Shown: one piece after another, positions 59,218 to 64,000 of the stretch
Layout: the number at the start of each line of letters is the position of its first letter
Position numbering within the stretch: position 1 is the first letter of the stretch
Source: Candidatus Oxydemutator sp.
GTDB lineage: Bacteria; Pseudomonadota; Gammaproteobacteria; Poriferisulfidales; Oxydemutatoraceae
Assembly (NCBI GenBank): GCA_965203445.1
Contig: OZ241883.1
Span: 992,001-1,056,000 of the forward strand
DNA length: 64,000 bases
Reading direction: 5' to 3'
The notes under the pieces: model-generated
What the model was told of the DNA's origin: nothing
Databases searched by the model: none
What the model saw: the letters and a program-made list of their open reading frames with translations, nothing else
Made by a program: the position numbers and the translations under genes

Positions 59218-61181
59218 ACGTGCGGCGCGCCCTCGCGGAAGCCGTCGTCTTGTGCGCCCTCGCGTTGCCGTCGGCGGTGTTCGCGCAACTGCCGCTCTCC
59301 CAGATCGGCGGGCAGAGCGGCGGCGAGTTCCTGCCGCCCGAGCAGGCCTTCGTGCTGTCGCTCGCGCGCGCCGACGGCGAACGCTTCGTCGCGCGCTGGC
59401 GCATCGCCGACGGCTATTACCTCTACCGCGACAAGACCGCGTTGGTGGCGAACGGCGAGGCCGTGGCGCTGGACAAGCCGCAAGGCGAAATGATCAACGA
59501 CCCCTATTTCGGCGACATCGAGATCTGGCGCCATCAGGTCGCGGTGCATTTCGAGACCGCGGCGCGCACGGCCGAACTGACGTGGCAGGGTTGCGCCGAC
59601 GCCGGCCTGTGCTACCCGCCGATTACGCGCCAGGTGCGGTTCGACGACGTCGCCGTTGCCGCCGCCGCCGTGCCGGGCGCGCCCGAAGCCGCCGCCGCCG
59701 CACCACGCCGGTCGGAGCAGGATCGACTCGCCGACTACTTGGCGGACGCGCGCCTCGGCCTCGCCGTGCTGGTCTTTTTCGGGCTGGGCCTGTTGCTCGC
59801 GTTCACGCCGTGCGTGTGGCCGATGCTCCCGATTCTGTCCGCGGTCATCGCGCCCCCCGCGCGTGAACGCGGCGCGACCTCGCGGATGCCCGCAAAGAAG
59901 GCATTCGCATTGTCGTCGGTCTACGTGTTGGCGATGGCCTCGACTTACAGCGCCGCCGGCGTCGCCGTCGCCGTCTCCGGCCAGAACTTGCAGCTCTGGT
60001 TCCAGCGTCCCGCGGTCATCGTGCCGTTCGCGGCCGTGTTCGTGCTGTTGGCGCTTTCGATGTTCGGTCTCTACCGGCTCGAGTTGCCGGCGTCGCTGCA
60101 AACGCGGTTGTCCGGCGTTGGCGAGCGGCGCCGCGGCCGCTACGCCGGGGCCGCGGTCATGGGGGTGTTGTCGGCGCTGGTCGCAAGCCCGTGCGTAACC
60201 GCGCCGCTGATCGGCGCGTTGCTGTTCGTCGCGCGCACCGGCGACGCCGCCACCGGCGGTCTCGCGTTGTTCAGTCTGGCGCTCGGCATGGGGGCGCCGC
60301 TGCTGGCGTTCGGCACGTCGCTGGCACGGTTCATGCCGAAGCCGGGGCCGTTTCTGAACGCGGTGCAGACCTTGCTCGGCTTCGTCCTGGTGGGGTTCGC
60401 AATCTGGCTGCTCGACCGGATCATATTGGGCCACGTTACGATGTTGCTCGCGGCCATGCTGCTCGGCGCGGCTTCCGTCTGGCTGTTCGGCGTCCTGCGC
60501 GGCGTCACCGGTGTCCGGGCGGTCGTCGGCGGGACGCTCAACGCGCTGCTGATGGCCTATGCGGTGCTGCTCGCCGCCAACGCCTCGATCGGCGGCGAGC
60601 ACTGGCTGCGGCCGTGGCATTTCGAGGCGCGCTACGCCGCCGCGCACGCGCACGCGCTTGCGTTCGAGCGCCACCGCACAATCGGCGACGTCAACCGCGC
60701 GATCGCCTCGGCCGCCGACCGAGGCCAACACACGATGCTGGTGTTCTACGCCGACTGGTGCGTCAGCTGCAAGGAACTGGAGGCGTTCACGTTCAGCGAC
60801 GCCGGCGTGCGGCGCGCGTTGGACGGCGTCGCGCTGCTCGAGGCCGACGTCACCGACGCCACCGAACAAAGCACGGAACTGCTGCGAGAGTTTTCGCTGT
60901 TCGGCCCGCCGGCGCTGTTGTTCTTCGACCGCGACGCGCGCGAAGTCGCATGGGCGCGCCTCGTCGGTTTTATAGACGCCGACGATTTCACCGAACACCT
61001 CGGCCGGGTGTTCGGCTTACAGCAAAGTATCAAGCCGCTCGATCAGCTCGGTCTTCGACAGTTCGCCGGCCTTGACGAAACGGATGACGCCGTCGCGGTC
61101 CACGAGCACGCTGTAGGGCAGACCGCCGCTGCGGTTGCCGAGAGCGCGGCTGAGCGCCATCGCGTCGTTGTAGCCGATTAG
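59214..61181 (+). CDS. dsbD: Thiol:disulfide interchange protein DsbD
   Basis: GYYLYR, QGCADAGLCYPP, FTPCV.PM, SPC..AP, YADWCVSCKE; the 3' end runs into the convergent gene. Confidence 0.92.
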   Translation: MNVRRALAEAVVLCALALPSAVFAQLPLSQIGGQSGGEFLPPEQAFVLSLARADGERFVARWRIADGYYLYRDKTALVANGEAVALDKPQGEMINDPYFGDIEIWRHQVAVHFETAARTAELTWQGCADAGLCYPPITRQVRFDDVAVAAAAVPGAPEAAAAAPRRSEQDRLADYLADARLGLAVLVFFGLGLLLAFTPCVWPMLPILSAVIAPPARERGATSRMPAKKAFALSSVYVLAMASTYSAAGVAVAVSGQNLQLWFQRPAVIVPFAAVFVLLALSMFGLYRLELPASLQTRLSGVGERRRGRYAGAAVMGVLSALVASPCVTAPLIGALLFVARTGDAATGGLALFSLALGMGAPLLAFGTSLARFMPKPGPFLNAVQTLLGFVLVGFAIWLLDRIILGHVTMLLAAMLLGAASVWLFGVLRGVTGVRAVVGGTLNALLMAYAVLLAANASIGGEHWLRPWHFEARYAAAHAHALAFERHRTIGDVNRAIASAADRGQHTMLVFYADWCVSCKELEAFTFSDAGVRRALDGVALLEADVTDATEQSTELLREFSLFGPPALLFFDRDAREVAWARLVGFIDADDFTEHLGRVFGLQQSIKPLDQLGLRQFAGLDETDDAVAVHEHAVGQTAAAVAESAAERHRVVVAD

Positions 61182-61559
61182 GTGCGGATAGCGCACGTGC
61201 GGCATTTGCGCCAGGAAATCCTTGATGTTGTCCTCCTCGTCCAACGCGATGCCGACGACCTCGAAGCCTTGGTCGCGGTAGAACTCGCGCACCTCGCTCA
61301 GATCCGGGATCTCGCGCCGGCACGGCGGGCACCACGCCGCCCAGAAGTTGTATAGCACGATCTGCCCGTCCCAGGTCGAAGACGACGTCAGCGTACCGTC
61401 GCCCAAGGCGCGCAGCCTGAAGTCCGGACGTTTGGTGCCGACCGGCGGCGCTTCCCCACCGGCCGCTTGCGGCACCGAATGCTGCTGCACGTAGTAGGCC
61501 GAGAAAGCACCAATCGCGGCGGCCAGCACCGCGGTCATGATCAGAAATTTGGTGCGCAT
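61017..61559 (-). CDS. TlpA-family thiol-disulfide oxidoreductase
   Basis: N-terminal TM, NFWAAWCPPCRREIP, GLPYS. Confidence 0.9.
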   Translation of the reverse strand: MRTKFLIMTAVLAAAIGAFSAYYVQQHSVPQAAGGEAPPVGTKRPDFRLRALGDGTLTSSSTWDGQIVLYNFWAAWCPPCRREIPDLSEVREFYRDQGFEVVGIALDEEDNIKDFLAQMPHVRYPHLIGYNDAMALSRALGNRSGGLPYSVLVDRDGVIRFVKAGELSKTELIERLDTLL

Positions 61560-61782
61560 TGCGGCGCAATCATACCATTGCCCGTAGGGCGGCAGCCGGG
61601 ATGGCCGGGAAACTGGGTCGGATTCGGATAATACGCCGAGCAAGCACCGATCACGGCGGCCGACGCATATGGCATAGTCTCGATGACGGCCTCTTGCACG
61701 GAACCGGTCCGTCAATGATGAACCGGCGGTGGCCGATGGCGGGCCGGGGAAAGTATGAACGACGGCCGGTTCGGGCATTTCC

Positions 61783-61811
61783 TTGCAAGCGGGGGCATAC
61801 TGTTGTAAGTT
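61783..61811 (+). promoter_or_regulatory. Possible sigma70 promoter of aroQ-accBC
   Basis: TTGCAA-N17-TAAGTT. Confidence 0.4.
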
Positions 61812-61864
61812 GAGGGGTAATGCCGCCATGATGTGGATAGATCGAAGCAGTTGGCGACACAATT

Positions 61865-62305
61865 ATGCCGAAACTATTGCTTATCAACGGCCCGAACCTG
61901 AATCTGCTAGGGCGGCGTGAGCCGGAGATCTACGGCACGAAGACGCTCGCCGAAATCGTCGCCGACGCGGGCGAAGTGGCCGCAGGCCGCGGCGCCGAGC
62001 TGGATCATTTTCAGTCCAACGGCGAGGGCGAGATTATCGGGCGCATCCAACGGACGATGGACGACGGCAGCGATTTTCTGATCATCAACCCGGGCGCGTT
62101 CACGCACACCAGCATCGCAATGCGCGACGCGCTGCTTGGCGTCTCCAAGCCGTTTATCGAAGTTCACCTGTCCAACGTGTTCGCGCGCGAGGAGTTTCGC
62201 CGGCGCTCGTATCTGTCCGATATTGCAGTCGCGGTGATTTCGGGCGCGGGCGCCAAGGGCTACGAGTTGGCGGTGCTGGCGGCGCTCGAGCGGCTCGCAA
62301 AGTAG
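61865..62305 (+). CDS. aroQ: Type II 3-dehydroquinate dehydratase
   Basis: [30 protein letters not shown]. Confidence 0.97.
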   Translation: MPKLLLINGPNLNLLGRREPEIYGTKTLAEIVADAGEVAAGRGAELDHFQSNGEGEIIGRIQRTMDDGSDFLIINPGAFTHTSIAMRDALLGVSKPFIEVHLSNVFAREEFRRRSYLSDIAVAVISGAGAKGYELAVLAALERLAK

Positions 62306-62317
62306 CGCGGCGCGAAG

Positions 62318-62755
62318 ATGGACATACGCAAAGTCAAGAAACTGATCGAACTGCTCGAGGAGTCGGGTGTCGCCGAGATAGAGATCAAGGAAGGCGAGGA
62401 GTCGGTTCGCATCAGCCGTTCGAGCGGCGTCGCCGCGCCGCCGCCCGCGGTGCCGTTGCAAGCGCCGCCCCCGGCCGCGCCGCAACCGGCGCAAGCGCCC
62501 GCCGCCGACAAGCCGCCGGGCCGCGTCGTCGAATCGCCGATGGTCGGCACTTTCTACCGCGCGCCGACGCCCGACGCCCGACCGTTCGTCGAGGAAGGCG
62601 ACGAGGTCGCCGCCGGCGACACCTTGTGCATCATCGAGGCGATGAAGATGATGAACCGCATCGAGGCACCGGTTGGCGGCGTCGTGCGCAAGATCCTGGT
62701 CGAGAACGGCAACCCCGTCGAATTCGGCCAGCCGCTGCTTACGATAGACGCCTGA
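62318..62755 (+). CDS. accB: Acetyl-CoA carboxylase biotin carboxyl carrier protein
   Basis: [25 protein letters not shown]. Confidence 0.97.
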   Translation: MDIRKVKKLIELLEESGVAEIEIKEGEESVRISRSSGVAAPPPAVPLQAPPPAAPQPAQAPAADKPPGRVVESPMVGTFYRAPTPDARPFVEEGDEVAAGDTLCIIEAMKMMNRIEAPVGGVVRKILVENGNPVEFGQPLLTIDA

Positions 62756-62773
62756 CGCGCGGGGCGCTGCGCG

Positions 62774-64000
62774 GTGCTCGACAAGGTAGTAATCGCCAAC
62801 CGAGGGGAAATCGCGTTGCGCATACTGCGCGCGTGCCGCGAACTGGGCATAAAGACCGTCGCCGTCTATTCACAAGCCGACATCGGCCTGATGCACGTCA
62901 AGCTGGCCGACGAGTCGGTCTGCATCGGCCCGCCGGCGGCCGCGGACAGTTACCTGAACATCCCGGCCATCCTGAGCGCCGCCGAGGTCACCGACGCGGT
63001 CGCGATTCATCCGGGCTACGGCTTTTTGTCCGAGAACGCCGACTTCGCCGAGCAGGTCGAGACCAGCGGTTTTCTGTTCATCGGCCCGCCGGCGGCGGCG
63101 ATCCGCCTGATGGGCGATAAAATTTCGGCGAAGCGGGCGATGCGCGAGGCCGGCGTTCCGTGCGTGCCGGGCACCGAACGCGCGCTCGACGACGACCCCG
63201 ACGAAAACCTGGCGTTGGCGCGCGACATCGGCTATCCGGTGATCTTGAAGGCCGCCGCTGGCGGCGGCGGGCGCGGTATGCGCGCGATACACGCCGAGGG
63301 CGCGCTGCTGAACGCGATTCAGCTGACGCGCGCCGAGGCCAGGGCGGCGTTCGGCGACGACGGCATATACATGGAGAAGTTTCTCGAGAAGCCGCGCCAC
63401 GTAGAGTTCCAGGTGTTGGCCGACGCGCACGGCAACGTCATCCACCTGGGCGAGCGCGACTGCTCGATGCAGCGCAAGCACCAGAAGGTGGTCGAGGAGG
63501 CGCCGGCGCCCGGCATCAGCGACGAGCAGCGCCGCGACACCGGCGAGCGGGTGTGCGAGGCGTGCCGGCGCATCGGCTACCGAGGCGCCGGCACTTTCGA
63601 GTTTTTGTACGAGGACGGCCGCTTTTACTTCATCGAGATGAACACGCGCGTGCAGGTCGAGCATCCGGTTACCGAGATGGTGACCGGCGTCGACCTCGTG
63701 CGCCAGCAGTTGCTGGTGGCGGCCGGCGAGCGGCTCGGCATCGCCCAGCGCGACGTGCGCATCGAGGGGCACGCGATCGAGTGCCGCATCAACGCCGAGC
63801 ACCCGAAGACCTTCCACCCGTCGCCGGGCACGATCGAGCGCTCGCATTTTCCGGGCGGCCCGGGCATCCGCTGCGATTCGCACGTGTACGACGGCTACAA
63901 GGTGCCGCCGTACTACGATTCGCTGATCGGCAAGCTGATCGCGCACGGCGACGACCGCACGATCGCGATACGGCGCATGCAAAACGCGCTCGATGAGATC
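62774..64000 (+). CDS. accC: Acetyl-CoA carboxylase biotin carboxylase (partial, runs off the window)
   Basis: [42 protein letters not shown]. Confidence 0.95.
   Translation, partial: MLDKVVIANRGEIALRILRACRELGIKTVAVYSQADIGLMHVKLADESVCIGPPAAADSYLNIPAILSAAEVTDAVAIHPGYGFLSENADFAEQVETSGFLFIGPPAAAIRLMGDKISAKRAMREAGVPCVPGTERALDDDPDENLALARDIGYPVILKAAAGGGGRGMRAIHAEGALLNAIQLTRAEARAAFGDDGIYMEKFLEKPRHVEFQVLADAHGNVIHLGERDCSMQRKHQKVVEEAPAPGISDEQRRDTGERVCEACRRIGYRGAGTFEFLYEDGRFYFIEMNTRVQVEHPVTEMVTGVDLVRQQLLVAAGERLGIAQRDVRIEGHAIECRINAEHPKTFHPSPGTIERSHFPGGPGIRCDSHVYDGYKVPPYYDSLIGKLIAHGDDRTIAIRRMQNALDEI

Overview
High-GC gammaproteobacterial chromosome segment; a complete soeABC suggests sulfite oxidation. 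Housekeeping blocks (argS end, SPOR protein, glnA-ntrBC, pyrD, gpsA-secB-grxC-rhodanese, def-fmt-trkAH, soeABC-ugd, recQ; then fpr, gshA, ampD, groESL, fxsA, cutA-dsbD, tlpA, aroQ-accB-accC) surround a ~21 kb defence-type island (~30.0-51.5 kb). In the island, a type III restriction-modification pair (mod 43606-46230, res 32447-35431) is split by ~8 kb of co-oriented, partly AT-rich cargo: an ABC-ATPase/TOPRIM gene bracketed by an 84-bp duplication of the mod 3' end, three TIR (ThsB-like) genes plus a small membrane protein with no recognisable ThsA effector, an HTH-ImmA/IrrE gene with a truncated DUF4411-like partner, an AlbA_2 protein and a ParA-like ATPase with an altered Walker A. Outside the island, the most notable loci are a ZorA/ZorB-like (MotA/MotB-like) membrane pair lacking an OmpA domain or effectors, an orphan HvfA-like RiPP precursor with 23 EG[K/R]CG repeats, and an orphan DNA methyltransferase. 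No rRNA, tRNA, CRISPR array or integrase was seen. All calls come from manual motif recognition; no database searches were run.
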